Positions 19,205 through 28,810 of a stretch of DNA of 64,000 nucleotides are shown one piece after another (positions within the stretch are counted from its first letter, which is position 1; every line of letters begins with the position of its first letter). This DNA comes from an uncultured bacterium. Lineage in GTDB: Bacteria; Chlamydiota; Chlamydiia; Chlamydiales; JAAKFR01. The notes beneath the pieces are model-generated. The model was not told where the DNA came from and did no database searches. It saw only the letters and a program-made list of their open reading frames with translations. The position numbers and the translations under genes were made by a program. The DNA lies in NCBI GenBank assembly GCA_964350245.1, contig CAYGJC010000009.1, positions 1,951-65,950 of the forward strand, in the 5' to 3' direction.

Positions 19205-20862
19205 TCAGTTGTTCTGATCAACAGTCCAGCAAGAGCATACCTGTTTTTCTCATTTCCGTAAGCTATTGCGTGTACCAAGGTCTCGACACCGGCTTGATTT
19301 TGCGCCTGGGCCAACGTTTCAAAGGTTTCGATTAAAAAGCGGGAGGTTTCTTCCGGGGTGAGTTCATGTCGATTGGAAAGAGAGTTTGTCTGATCTTCTT
19401 CTCTGAATTGGATCATCTCTCGGTCGGCAGCTTCTCGAGCCCAGTGGATGAGCTTTTCCTCATAGGGCCCCTCTTCGCGGAGGCGGTAGAGGGCAAGGGT
19501 GCAGTAGTTGCGGATGAGTGGCTCGCCCGCTTTTTGATAGCCCTCTTTAAGAAGGGCAAGTGAGCCCTCGCTTCGTTGATTTTCTAACAGTGTAACCAAA
19601 AGAGGCATCAATTCGGTCTGTTTTTCTGTCATTAGCGTGCGTGCAATCTTCAAAAAGGTCTCTTCAGGAAGCTCAATACACTCAGTTAACACCTTTTCAC
19701 GTAGGGCCATTGTCTGTTGGACAAGTCCTTGGTACCCTTTTTTGTGGTGATGGTGAGAGGGAATGGTTTTCCAAGCTTTTAAACAGTGTCCGGCAGAGGC
19801 AACTTGCATAAATCCTAGATCGCTTTTTCCCGGAAGCAAAATCTCCTCAATTTGCCCGATCTCTCCTTGTTGAAGAAGGGCAAGAGTGGCATTGAGTCGC
19901 ACATCACGATCGTTGTGGCGGCTAAGCTGGTGTAAAATTTCTTTTCCCTCGCGCAGTTTGCCAAGAGCACTGATAGCAAAAAGGTCTCCGCTCTCCGCAT
20001 TTGTTTTGATGAGTTTCAGCGATTCCTCCTCGCCTAACTCATAAAGTGCAATGGCTGCAGAGAGTCTCACTTCAGGGCGTGGGCTTTTTGCAAGCTCTTG
20101 AAGACGAGGAAGCGACATGGTGTCTTTGAGCTCACCCAGGGCCAGAGCGCAGCACTCTTGTTGTGCATGGTGTACCTGTGTAGCCAAGGTTCTGATTTGG
20201 GGAAGAAAATCGTCACGCCCCTGCTTGGCAATAGCAAGAATCGCTTCTGTGCGTACATGGATGTCCGTATCTGTTAACAGCTGACGCAGGTAGTTGTGGG
20301 CGCTTTTTCCATCCAACAAAACGACAATCTGAGGAAAAAGGGCGCGTACAAGATCGGGTACTTTAACTACAAGCGATTGAAGATGGGTCAGCACATCAGG
20401 GTGGTTTCTTTGAGCTAGTTGGTAGCACCCCTCAAGTCTAGTGAGAAGAAAAGGGGAAGAGAGCGCCTCCAAGATCAGCTGGTCGGCTTGATCATCGCGC
20501 TGCCGACTCAGGTAGTTTAAAGCAATGAGTTGAATCCGTTGATCTTTGGTGTGCACGCCTTTTTCGAGAACAGGAAGTAGTCTGGGTGAGTTGGCAACAC
20601 CGGCTCCAAACATACACATGAGCTGTGTGTCGGCGTCATCACTTGCAATCCCGCGTTCTAGCAACTGGATGCCTGCCTGTTGCAAAAGAGCAAAATCATG
20701 TTCTTGATGCTCTCGAGAGTATGTGGAGTAAATGTCAAAGGCCTGTTTTACCTCTCCCTTATGTAATAAAAAGCGCATCTGGCCGCCCACTTCCACAGGA
20801 AAGGCTGCGTGTGCAGAGGCGGACAGAAAAAGAAAAGAGGTAATTAAGCGAGATAGTGCCAT
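19201..20862 (-). CDS. Secreted HEAT/armadillo-repeat protein, function unknown
   Basis: Signal peptide MALSRLITSFLFLSASAHA. Repeated DxxVRxxAxxAL-type helical repeats (DIHVRTEAILAIA, RPEVRLSAAIALY, DRDVRLNATLALL). Confidence 0.55.
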   Translation of the reverse strand: MALSRLITSFLFLSASAHAAFPVEVGGQMRFLLHKGEVKQAFDIYSTYSREHQEHDFALLQQAGIQLLERGIASDDADTQLMCMFGAGVANSPRLLPVLEKGVHTKDQRIQLIALNYLSRQRDDQADQLILEALSSPFLLTRLEGCYQLAQRNHPDVLTHLQSLVVKVPDLVRALFPQIVVLLDGKSAHNYLRQLLTDTDIHVRTEAILAIAKQGRDDFLPQIRTLATQVHHAQQECCALALGELKDTMSLPRLQELAKSPRPEVRLSAAIALYELGEEESLKLIKTNAESGDLFAISALGKLREGKEILHQLSRHNDRDVRLNATLALLQQGEIGQIEEILLPGKSDLGFMQVASAGHCLKAWKTIPSHHHHKKGYQGLVQQTMALREKVLTECIELPEETFLKIARTLMTEKQTELMPLLVTLLENQRSEGSLALLKEGYQKAGEPLIRNYCTLALYRLREEGPYEEKLIHWAREAADREMIQFREEDQTNSLSNRHELTPEETSRFLIETFETLAQAQNQAGVETLVHAIAYGNEKNRYALAGLLIRTTE

Positions 20863-21425
20863 AAATCAATCCCCGTTGCGCCTAGGACCTCGCAGGTGGC
20901 AGCGATCGGAAGCCCCATGACATTATAAAAACAACCCTCCATCCATTTGACGATAATGCTCCCGCTTTTTTGGATTCCGTAGCCACCGGCCATATCCGTT
21001 CCGATAAAGGCCCGGTGATAAAGCGTCAACTGCTCGGAAGAGAGGTGGTGAAACTGAATCTGCGTCTCTTGGCAGAGAGTCTTTTCTTGCTCTCCTCGCT
21101 TTGCAGTGACAGCGGTATAAACGGTATGCCGTGCTCCATTGAGTTCGTGGAGCATCTCTAAAGCCTCTTTTTCATCTGCCGGTTTTTCAAATAGCTTGCC
21201 CTCTTTGAGCACGCAGGTATCAGCGGTTAAAATCACTTCATGAGGATAGCGGTCGGCAAGCGAAAGTGCTTTTCCTCGTGCAAGGGTCTCCGTATAGGCA
21301 ACGGGATCATTTTCAAAAGGTACAGTGGCTTCATCGAATGGGGGAGAGACTTGCCTAAAGGGGTAGGCAAAGAAGCTGAGGATTTCGTGCCGTCTGGCGG
21401 ATTGAGAGCCTAAGATGAGTTGCAT
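20844..21425 (-). CDS. maf: Maf-like nucleoside triphosphate pyrophosphatase
   Basis: LILGSQSARRHEIL, ...GGYGIQ and length 193 aa. Confidence 0.9.
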   Translation of the reverse strand: MQLILGSQSARRHEILSFFAYPFRQVSPPFDEATVPFENDPVAYTETLARGKALSLADRYPHEVILTADTCVLKEGKLFEKPADEKEALEMLHELNGARHTVYTAVTAKRGEQEKTLCQETQIQFHHLSSEQLTLYHRAFIGTDMAGGYGIQKSGSIIVKWMEGCFYNVMGLPIAATCEVLGATGIDLWHYLA

Positions 21426-21493
21426 AGGCTCCCACTATATCCAGCATGTAGAAAAAGTGGAAGAGATTCTCGATTTTAGGTAGGCTTAAGACT

Positions 21494-22447
21494 ATGCTAC
21501 AGTATGCAAAGGAACGGGAAATTCTCCCCTATAAAAGTGGCCTTTCTCTTGATTCGGAAGCCGTTTGGTATGACCTTTTTGAGCCCAAAGCGGAGGAGAT
21601 TCAAATTGTAGAAGAGACGTTTCAATTGAACATTCCCTCTCAAGAGGAGATGCGAGAAATTGAGGCCTCCAGTCGTCTTTATGTCGAAAACGACATGCTT
21701 TTTATGACATTGAATGTGCTCACTGAAGCGGAGAGCGAGCACCCTTTTCTCTCTCCGGTTACATTTATTTTAAACGAACACCGTTTGATTACGCTTCGGC
21801 ATGCCGATCCCAAACCGTTTCAGATTTTTGCCAAAAAATTAGAAAAAAATCTGAAAGGAGGAGTGAATTCAGAGTTGATTTTCTTAAACATCTTGGAAGC
21901 AATCGTCGATCGTATTGCTGATATTTTGGAGATGATAGGCGGAGAAATCGACGGCATCTCAACGGAGATTTTCAAATCACAAGGTGGAGGGACTAACAAT
22001 CAACGTGAACTCAAAGAGGTGTTAACACATATCGGGAAAAAGGGGGACTTGAGCACCAAAACACGTGAGAGTTTGGAGGGAATTAGCCGTCTTTTGATCT
22101 TTTTTAGTCACCAAGTCGAAGAGCCTAAAGTTGCTCTGCGTTTGCAGACTTTGCAGCGTGACGTCTCTTCTATCTCTGATCATGTCAATTTTCTCTTTAA
22201 CAAGATCAACTTCCTTTTAGATGCCACGTTGGGTTTTATTAGCATTGAGCAGAACAACATTGTCAAGATTTTGTCCGTAGCAGCTGTAGTCTTTCTGCCT
22301 CCGACTCTCATTGCGAGTGTGTACGGAATGAATTTTGAGATCATACCTGAGCTCAAATGGGGACTCGGCTATCCTCTGGCAATTGTATTGATGGTGGTGA
22401 CAGCCACCATTCCTTACATCTACTTCAAGCGTAAAGGATGGCTTTAG
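21494..22447 (+). CDS. corA: Magnesium/cobalt transporter CorA
   Basis: YGMNF motif (SVYGMNFEIIPELKW) followed by a terminal TM helix. Confidence 0.9.
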   Translation: MLQYAKEREILPYKSGLSLDSEAVWYDLFEPKAEEIQIVEETFQLNIPSQEEMREIEASSRLYVENDMLFMTLNVLTEAESEHPFLSPVTFILNEHRLITLRHADPKPFQIFAKKLEKNLKGGVNSELIFLNILEAIVDRIADILEMIGGEIDGISTEIFKSQGGGTNNQRELKEVLTHIGKKGDLSTKTRESLEGISRLLIFFSHQVEEPKVALRLQTLQRDVSSISDHVNFLFNKINFLLDATLGFISIEQNNIVKILSVAAVVFLPPTLIASVYGMNFEIIPELKWGLGYPLAIVLMVVTATIPYIYFKRKGWL

Positions 22448-23385
22448 TCCCTGTTTTCCACAGTATAAAGAGTGTAATGAGGGGGAGAACCATCTGCTTG
22501 TCTGCGATAAGCAAGACCCTCTCTGATGAACGCCTGGCCGTTTATAATCAAAGCTACATTCCCTTCAAATCTAATTCGATTTAAAAGTTGATAGGGGTGA
22601 GGCGCGGCTTGAGAGGCAAGCTGTGCATACAATGCTTTTAAAAACGCGATATCTTGGCTTCGCTTCTGGTGCACGATGAGATAGTGGATGAGATGGCCTG
22701 TAAGCCCCAAACAAGTTGCAGAACCTCCGGCAATCGCAAAAGGCACCGTATAGGTTGAAATAGGAGTCGCACTCAAAACACCATAAAGAGCAAAGGCGGC
22801 TGAGACTGTGAGGCATCCAAATCCAAGCGCCACGGTGGCAGAAAAAAAAGTAGCCCTTGATTGCCTCATCCAGAGCTCTCTTTGATAAGAGGCTGCGCTT
22901 GTAAAAATGGCTTTAATCTGAGTGTCGGAACTATTTGTAGCGCATGTCTCAATCTCCCGGAGCATACGCCGCTCTTTTTCAGCTTCTACTCCTTGATAGA
23001 TGGTGAAACCGGTAGCAATGATACAAAGCGAGGCAAGCGCAATAATCGCAACAACCAGACCCACCTTAGCACAACCATCCGCGTCCCTTCCACTAGGAGC
23101 GCTGCAGCAACCACCCGAACGTGGATACCCACGATATCCGGGAGAGTGCCTAGGCAGCGCCAAAACCCAGAACCAAGGGTGGGCGATTGTATCGCATAAA
23201 ATAGGGTGGAATGTGGGGTTATTCTGTTCATGCCATGTACGCGCTGCCCGTTCGGTCGCCTCATTTTTCGCAATAAGAGCACATACATAAGCAGTCGCTT
23301 TACGGATCCCATCTTGCTCTGGTTCGGTCCTACTATCCGCATACAGGATTCCGTTACGCGTGTAATAGCCAGGTATTTGCGTCAT
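22444..23385 (-). CDS. Hypothetical membrane protein with one single TM and one bilobed hydrophobic domain (Inc-like)
   Basis: VGLVVAIIALASLCIIATGFTIY, then ATFFSATVALGFGCLTVSAAFALYGVL-SATPISTYT-VPFAIAGGSATCLGLTGHLIHYLIV. Confidence 0.5.
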   Translation of the reverse strand: MTQIPGYYTRNGILYADSRTEPEQDGIRKATAYVCALIAKNEATERAARTWHEQNNPTFHPILCDTIAHPWFWVLALPRHSPGYRGYPRSGGCCSAPSGRDADGCAKVGLVVAIIALASLCIIATGFTIYQGVEAEKERRMLREIETCATNSSDTQIKAIFTSAASYQRELWMRQSRATFFSATVALGFGCLTVSAAFALYGVLSATPISTYTVPFAIAGGSATCLGLTGHLIHYLIVHQKRSQDIAFLKALYAQLASQAAPHPYQLLNRIRFEGNVALIINGQAFIREGLAYRRQADGSPPHYTLYTVENRD

Positions 23386-23452
23386 GGAAATTAGTATACA
23401 AAGAAAAGATTAAGCTTCAATCTTAATTGTTTTTTAACATTTTTTTGTTAGG

Positions 23453-23833
23453 ATGTGCCCCATGTTTAGTTGCTGTTCTCACACAGACGAAAGTACGGTT
23501 GCAGGTAGCTCTTATTACCATGAACAGAGAATGGGCGATCGTGTTTCGGGGCTTCTGGATGATCGAAGAGTAAGAAAATTGGATTATGTCTTCAACGGAT
23601 GCGCGACTATCGTGGGTGTGACCCTTATTGCTTTTGCTATAGCGATGGTATTGCCCACCTATCAGGTCTCAGGGTGGACCGTACAACTAGCCCCCTACTA
23701 TGTTACCTTTATTGGAGTGGGCGTCGCAGGTGGTTTACTGACATTGCTGTCGATTAAATGGATGCTGGAGTCTTGCCGGAAGAGTCGTCAATACGATGCG
23801 CTTGTGGCTCAGGTTCGGCAACAAGAATCGTAG
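23453..23833 (+). CDS. Small Inc-like membrane protein (bilobed hydrophobic domain)
   Basis: CATIVGVTLIAFAIAMVLPTY-QVSGWTVQLAP-YYVTFIGVGVAGGLLTLLSIKWML. Divergent from the previous gene. Confidence 0.5.
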   Translation: MCPMFSCCSHTDESTVAGSSYYHEQRMGDRVSGLLDDRRVRKLDYVFNGCATIVGVTLIAFAIAMVLPTYQVSGWTVQLAPYYVTFIGVGVAGGLLTLLSIKWMLESCRKSRQYDALVAQVRQQES

Positions 23834-24500
23834 AAAGCCCTCCCATCAATGAAATTCTTTTAATGGGCCTCAATCCAGCCTCTTTTAGCATGTTTTCCAG
23901 CTCCTGTGGTGAGGTAAACCCTTCAATACTCTTAGAAAGATAACGGTAAGCCTCTCCATTTTTAGCGGCAATTTGCCCCAAGAGGGGCAACAGACATTTT
24001 AGATAGATCCGATGAGAGACACGCAGAAAGGGGGAGCGGGGGCGGGTGAGTTCAAGAATAGCAAAGCGACCTTGGGGGCGGAGCACACGGGCTACCTCCT
24101 GAAAACAACGCATCGGTTCACAAACGTTCCGGATACCATAAGAGATGGTGACTCCGTCGACAGATCGATCCTCAAGAGGAAGCTCTTGCGCATCTCCCTC
24201 AAGCAGGGAATATCTTCCTGTAAATGCCGCCCCTTTCTGTTTGGCAACCGCTAGCATTTCCGGGCAAAAATCCAACAAAATCGCCTTTGCCTGCGGGTTT
24301 TTGGCTAGATACCCAAACCCGATTTCACCGGTTCCGGCACACAAATCGAGCAAAGTAAGAGGCATCCCTACGGCTTGAATGAGTTTTTGATTCCACTTTT
24401 TGTGCAAACCAAATGAAAAGGTGGTGTTGGCCTTGTCGTAGTTTTCAGCGATGCTGGCAAACATGGCCTGGATGGTTTCAGGTGCAGACTTTTGATACAT
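23754..24500 (-). CDS. ubiE: Demethylmenaquinone methyltransferase
   Basis: MFASIAENYDKANTTFSFGLHKKW and the SAM motif LLDLCAGTGEI. The last 20 or so aa form a tail that overlaps the convergent gene. Confidence 0.85.
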   Translation of the reverse strand: MYQKSAPETIQAMFASIAENYDKANTTFSFGLHKKWNQKLIQAVGMPLTLLDLCAGTGEIGFGYLAKNPQAKAILLDFCPEMLAVAKQKGAAFTGRYSLLEGDAQELPLEDRSVDGVTISYGIRNVCEPMRCFQEVARVLRPQGRFAILELTRPRSPFLRVSHRIYLKCLLPLLGQIAAKNGEAYRYLSKSIEGFTSPQELENMLKEAGLRPIKRISLMGGLSTILVAEPEPQAHRIDDSSGKTPASI

Positions 24501-25224
24501 TTTCTCTCAACTGTTGAAATAGATCTAGGCCCTCACGCTCTTTAGGCCCTAAACGATAGCAGCAAAGCGAGTAATAACGATCAATCAACTCTGGATCGAG
24601 CCCACTTTGTTGATGCGCTTCGTGGATTAAGCGCTCACGATTCGCTTCACTCCACTGGAGGGCTGCTTCAAGCTCTTCTGAGTAGTCTTGGGCGCCTTTT
24701 CTTTGCGCAAAGACGGCAAAGACAAAGGGGAGTTGGGTCGCTTCGTACCAAGCGTGTGCTAAATCGATGGTTTGGTAACCAGGAATCGTTAATTGCTCAA
24801 GAGCCTCGTCTCCAATCAAAAGAAAAGCGTCATAACTGGTTAAGGGTTTTTCTCGGTCAAGAGGGACAAATGTAGGCTCCACTCTCCAAAAATGGTGGCA
24901 TAGCACTTTGACCAGAGCAACCGAAGTTGCGCTGTGATGGGTGAGTGCAATTGTCGCACCGTCTAGCTCTGTGCGGGTGTAGAGGTTGACGCTCAAGATC
25001 TCTTTGAAGGCACCGATGCAAAAACCGGGAAGGAGGTTATAGGGGCCATCAAAGTATTCAGCGCAGCTGGTTAAAGCCATATCCAGATCTCCCGCACGCA
25101 ACTGCGCATTTAAAGCGCTTGGAATGCCATAGGTAATAGAAGCGTTGGTTGTTAACTCTCCAAGCCGAAAAGGGAGATGAAAGGGAAGGGCGTTGATGTA
25201 TTCAACCATGCCAATTCGAGTCAT
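24478..25224 (-). CDS. mqnA: Chorismate dehydratase, futalosine pathway (MqnA-like)
   Basis: RIGMVEYINALPFHLPF and ...GDLDMALTSCAEYF are typical of MqnA. It lacks the SPCPNDT motif of MqnD. Confidence 0.75.
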   Translation of the reverse strand: MTRIGMVEYINALPFHLPFRLGELTTNASITYGIPSALNAQLRAGDLDMALTSCAEYFDGPYNLLPGFCIGAFKEILSVNLYTRTELDGATIALTHHSATSVALVKVLCHHFWRVEPTFVPLDREKPLTSYDAFLLIGDEALEQLTIPGYQTIDLAHAWYEATQLPFVFAVFAQRKGAQDYSEELEAALQWSEANRERLIHEAHQQSGLDPELIDRYYSLCCYRLGPKEREGLDLFQQLRENVSKVCT

Positions 25225-26309
25225 TACATCGCTCCAGTGTGGGTTAAGCAGGGTGTGCGTCCAATTCCTTTGATTAAAGAAGTCATCGTCTCTTTATCCA
25301 TGATCACGCGTACGCCACCCGCCATGGTGATGATCTTTTCGTCGGTGTTTGTTGAGGAGAGGTCGTTTCCACCCCATCGAAGCAGTTCAAGAGCCTCTTG
25401 CACACCTACATAGTTCCACAGGACTTTCAGGTGAGTCACATTATCGAGCATGAGGCGCGAAACGGCGTATACAAGAGAGACATTTTTCTCTTTGAGTTGT
25501 TTTTTCCGTTTGCCCAATGCATTGTTTTCTAGTCCAAATTTCAGTGGGATAAAGGCTCGAAATCCGCCTGTCCGGTCTTGCAGGTCACGCACTTGCACTA
25601 AATGGGAGACAATATCTTCGTACGACTCGATATGCCCAAAAAGCATGGTGATATTTGAGCGGAGTCCCAGTTGATGCGCAAGGGCATGGATCTCTAGATA
25701 TTCTTCAGACGTGATTTTGCCGGGCGCCACTTTTTTGCGAATCTCTTCTACCAGTATTTCAGCGCCTCCACCGGGCAAGGAGCCAAGTCCCCAGCTCATC
25801 ATGCGACGAAACACCTCTTCAATGGGTATATCGTGGAGTTTAGCAAGAAAATCGTACTCAACAGGGGTGAGCGCCTTAATGTGCAAGTTAGGATCGATGG
25901 CCTTGATGCGCGTAAATGTCTCTTGGTAATAATCTAAATCACAATCGCGCCATAACCCCCCCACAACGTGGATTTCTGTCAGGCCCTTGTCGTAGTTGTG
26001 CCGTACTTTCTCCTCGATCTGTTCCGGGGTTAAAAACCATGCCTTATCCCATCCCGGCTTGGCATAAAAGGAACACATGGGACAGTTGAGTTCACAAAGG
26101 TTAGTCGGGTGAATATACAGCGTTGAGGCAAAGTGGACAACCTCACCTACCGTTCGTTTACGGACAAGATCGGCCAACGCACGGATCCGTTCAATCTCAT
26201 CCGGCTCAGTGGTGTGAAGAAGAGAGAGGCCTTCCTCAGGGGTTAGGCGTTCTTTGGCCTCCACTTTCTCTGTAATCGCATCCAAGACACATTCACTTGT
26301 CACACTCAT
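25224..26309 (-). CDS. Radical SAM menaquinone (futalosine pathway) enzyme, MqnC/MqnE (CofH-like) family
   Basis: CELNCPMCSF radical-SAM cluster motif, CofH-like length and context. The start is taken at MSVTSE (ATG at 26309) rather than the listed 26375. Confidence 0.75.
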   Translation of the reverse strand: MSVTSECVLDAITEKVEAKERLTPEEGLSLLHTTEPDEIERIRALADLVRKRTVGEVVHFASTLYIHPTNLCELNCPMCSFYAKPGWDKAWFLTPEQIEEKVRHNYDKGLTEIHVVGGLWRDCDLDYYQETFTRIKAIDPNLHIKALTPVEYDFLAKLHDIPIEEVFRRMMSWGLGSLPGGGAEILVEEIRKKVAPGKITSEEYLEIHALAHQLGLRSNITMLFGHIESYEDIVSHLVQVRDLQDRTGGFRAFIPLKFGLENNALGKRKKQLKEKNVSLVYAVSRLMLDNVTHLKVLWNYVGVQEALELLRWGGNDLSSTNTDEKIITMAGGVRVIMDKETMTSLIKGIGRTPCLTHTGAM

Positions 26310-26487
26310 CTTTTTTATCTCCACACAAGGGGCAGGAGCTATCGCCGTCCTGTTTTTTCTTCGGCGATAAGCCACATCCTCGCTTTAGCCGTGATTTTCC
26401 AGTTAAGATTAATCCGATGGCAAGCCCTGCGATCACAAGCCCCATTAACACAACGGCTGCTATGATTGTCAGGATTAAGTTATCCAC
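26293..26487 (-). CDS. Small single-TM protein with a Cys-rich basic tail (architecture like NqrM/DUF539 or FeoB-associated Cys-rich proteins)
   Basis: GTG start nested in the upstream stop (8-nt overlap). TM helix ILTIIAAVVLMGLVIAGLAIGLILTG, then RGCG...SSCPLCG...ECD (four Cys). Confidence 0.45.
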   Translation of the reverse strand: MDNLILTIIAAVVLMGLVIAGLAIGLILTGKSRLKRGCGLSPKKKQDGDSSCPLCGDKKDECDK

Positions 26488-28366
26488 TCTTCTTTCCCTT
26501 TGCAGGAGGAGGCGGCGTGAAATCCACCCAAATAGGAGAACTCCAGGCTATATGACCATCCTCCTGCGTGACTCTCAAGTAGTAAAAAACAAAGGGGTCT
26601 TTCCCCTGTCCATCTAATGTTACCTTATCAAGTGGCTCCATATCATCATAGTCATAATCGTAGTGGTACTCGGTTGGGGAAAAGGTGTGGATGATCGTGC
26701 CGTTGCGGATGATTTCGACCCGCTTCAGTTTTTCTGTCCCGGCAAGGTAGCCCGAGATGTGCCGGTTAACACAGAGTCCCGGTTTTTGCGCCGAGGAGAG
26801 GCACGACCCCATCGGCTGTCCCGCTACATGAAACCCGACAATAATGCGCGCACCGGTTGTTGCATAGCAACTCCGTTTTGCCAGCCCTTCCATCATCGAT
26901 TCACGCGTGTATTTTTCGCAAATGATTCCCGTCAATCCTGGTGAATACTGCTGCTGATCACCCTCATAAAATTCGCTATAGATCCCGCGGTCATCCAAAC
27001 CCCCGGCTACAAAACCAAAGCGTAGATTCTTTTTCAAGGCCTCAACAACAGAGCCCTCAGGTGCAGCTTCAATCCCTCCTGTAATGGGGTGAGTCGAATC
27101 TAAACCTTCCGAGCTTCCCCATGCATTATAGATTTCAACTACCTTCTCAAATTCGGGGTTGAAGTTCTTAAAATCAAAGTGTCTGCCCTTGCCCATTGTA
27201 AAGGTAGGAATTGAAAGAATGTCTTTGGGGGTAAAAGTCTTATAAATTTTACCCAAAGTTGAGTATTTGGATTCTTTTTGCCTTAAGATCGGTTTGGCGT
27301 CTTTGTAGTACAGAATCTGCCGCATTCCCTCGACACCGGGCTCTCCTTGGTATTGAAAGCCTAAAAGAGTCGCAAAGCGATCCTCTTCATTGAATTCAGT
27401 GATGTTTTGAGAGATAGTCTTCCAGATTTCATTCGAGGTCTCTTCTGCATTATCGAAGGGAGAGGTAGCAAAAAAGTTAAAGGCCTTTTCATCCCGGAAG
27501 TGACGCAGGCAGCTTTCAATATTTTCTGTCGAATCGACCCGCTCAGACTCACCGTGCAAAAGACCCCAAAAAAGGTTACGGTTATTTTCTTGGAAACATT
27601 TAATGGGAGCGGAAACGAATGTCTCTTTTGTATGCAGATTTTTCAACTGGATTCTGTAGGTGCCCGCTTCGTTAAAATAGAGGTTGGGAAGGGTCACAAA
27701 ACCGGTTTCAGGAACAAAGAGCTTCCAATTTAAATTTTCGCGCAAATGTTCGTAGGAGAGCTCGATTAAGGTCTCCTCAGGAGCGGAATTGGTTAAATTT
27801 CCATATTCATCTTCAAAACGGACTGTGATGTCAAACCGTTTATTTTTGGCGACAAAGGAGGGAGTGAGGATACGGATAGTGTGAAGGGCACTGCCACGAA
27901 TATCAACAGAGAAAATCTCCGGATCTTCATAGTTCCCTTTACCTTTTGGATCGATGTAGAGGTAGAAGGGGCGACGGCGCTGAATGGTGAGTTGACACTC
28001 ATTGCCAAACTCTTCAGGAGAGCCATCATGGGTAGGAGGGACCCCCATGACAATCGTGACCTTCTCTCCGATTTTTAAAGGAGAGGGGAGAGTAAACTCA
28101 TACTGCGGGACGATTGAATCGGGTGTCTCCACTTCAGAAAGCTCGATGACCTCCCCATCTTCCAGCTCAGCGTAGATCACGTTCGCTTCTTCTTCAATGT
28201 TAGCGGAGGGTACTTCCCAGTCAATATCCCTTCCTTGACTGAGCATATCGAATTTCATCCGCGTTCCTTTAGGAAGGGAGGAGGATGTCGTGTAGTGGAA
28301 TTTCCACGTGAAGGTTTGCCCGGCGCGCGCCACTTGAGGCTCGCTATAGCAGATGGATCGACGCAT
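26480..28366 (-). CDS. DUF3604-like (PHP/metal-dependent phosphoesterase fold) protein with N-terminal beta-sandwich domains
   Basis: C-terminal blocks GLTGIICEKYTRESMMEGLAKRSCYATTGARIIVGFHVAGQPMGS match my recollection of DUF3604. The expected GDLHxHT site reads GLLHGESE. Confidence 0.55.
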   Translation of the reverse strand: MRRSICYSEPQVARAGQTFTWKFHYTTSSSLPKGTRMKFDMLSQGRDIDWEVPSANIEEEANVIYAELEDGEVIELSEVETPDSIVPQYEFTLPSPLKIGEKVTIVMGVPPTHDGSPEEFGNECQLTIQRRRPFYLYIDPKGKGNYEDPEIFSVDIRGSALHTIRILTPSFVAKNKRFDITVRFEDEYGNLTNSAPEETLIELSYEHLRENLNWKLFVPETGFVTLPNLYFNEAGTYRIQLKNLHTKETFVSAPIKCFQENNRNLFWGLLHGESERVDSTENIESCLRHFRDEKAFNFFATSPFDNAEETSNEIWKTISQNITEFNEEDRFATLLGFQYQGEPGVEGMRQILYYKDAKPILRQKESKYSTLGKIYKTFTPKDILSIPTFTMGKGRHFDFKNFNPEFEKVVEIYNAWGSSEGLDSTHPITGGIEAAPEGSVVEALKKNLRFGFVAGGLDDRGIYSEFYEGDQQQYSPGLTGIICEKYTRESMMEGLAKRSCYATTGARIIVGFHVAGQPMGSCLSSAQKPGLCVNRHISGYLAGTEKLKRVEIIRNGTIIHTFSPTEYHYDYDYDDMEPLDKVTLDGQGKDPFVFYYLRVTQEDGHIAWSSPIWVDFTPPPPAKGKKSG

Positions 28367-28425
28367 ATAAGAATACTTAAGTTAAGTTTTAAGAAACAAG
28401 ATCATATCTGTCTGAGCGTTTTTTC

Positions 28426-28782
28426 TCAATTCAGATCCTCGATTGCTTGGGACCATCCTTCGTAAACTTTAAAGTAGGGAAGAAAACCCGTAATGTACAA
28501 TACATTCTCAATCGGTTTAGGTACAGCTGCCAAACAGATATGTCCTTGGTTTTTTTCGATCTCCTTATGGCAATGCACAAGAACACGAATTCCGGCACTT
28601 GAAATATAATCAAGGGAGGATAAGTCGAGAACCACAGCTTGAGAGCCCGCTTCAATCACTTCAAGGATTTTTTTTTCCACTTCAGTTGAAGAGGCGCTAT
28701 CGAGTCTTCCCTTTAGGGAAAAAATCGTTGCCTTTCCTTTTTTTTCTTCAAAAATTTCCATGTGATTCTCCAAAGTATTCAC
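28426..28782 (-). CDS. rsbV: STAS-domain anti-sigma-factor antagonist
   Basis: LKGRLDSASSTEVEKKI...VVLDLSSLDYISSAGIRVLV, with the phosphorylatable Ser in the DYISSAG context. Confidence 0.85.
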   Translation of the reverse strand: MNTLENHMEIFEEKKGKATIFSLKGRLDSASSTEVEKKILEVIEAGSQAVVLDLSSLDYISSAGIRVLVHCHKEIEKNQGHICLAAVPKPIENVLYITGFLPYFKVYEGWSQAIEDLN

Positions 28783-28810
28783 AAGGAATACTTGATGGAG
28801 GGGCTAGCTG

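Noticed and set aside
26480-26488. DnaA-box-like 8/9 matches (TTATCCACT here and TTATCCACG at 31616-31624); looked for an oriC near dnaA.
   Set aside because: These are isolated single boxes inside coding sequence. No cluster of boxes or AT-rich unwinding element was seen in the 56-bp yidC-dnaA spacer or the 31-bp spacer after dnaA, so no origin call is made.
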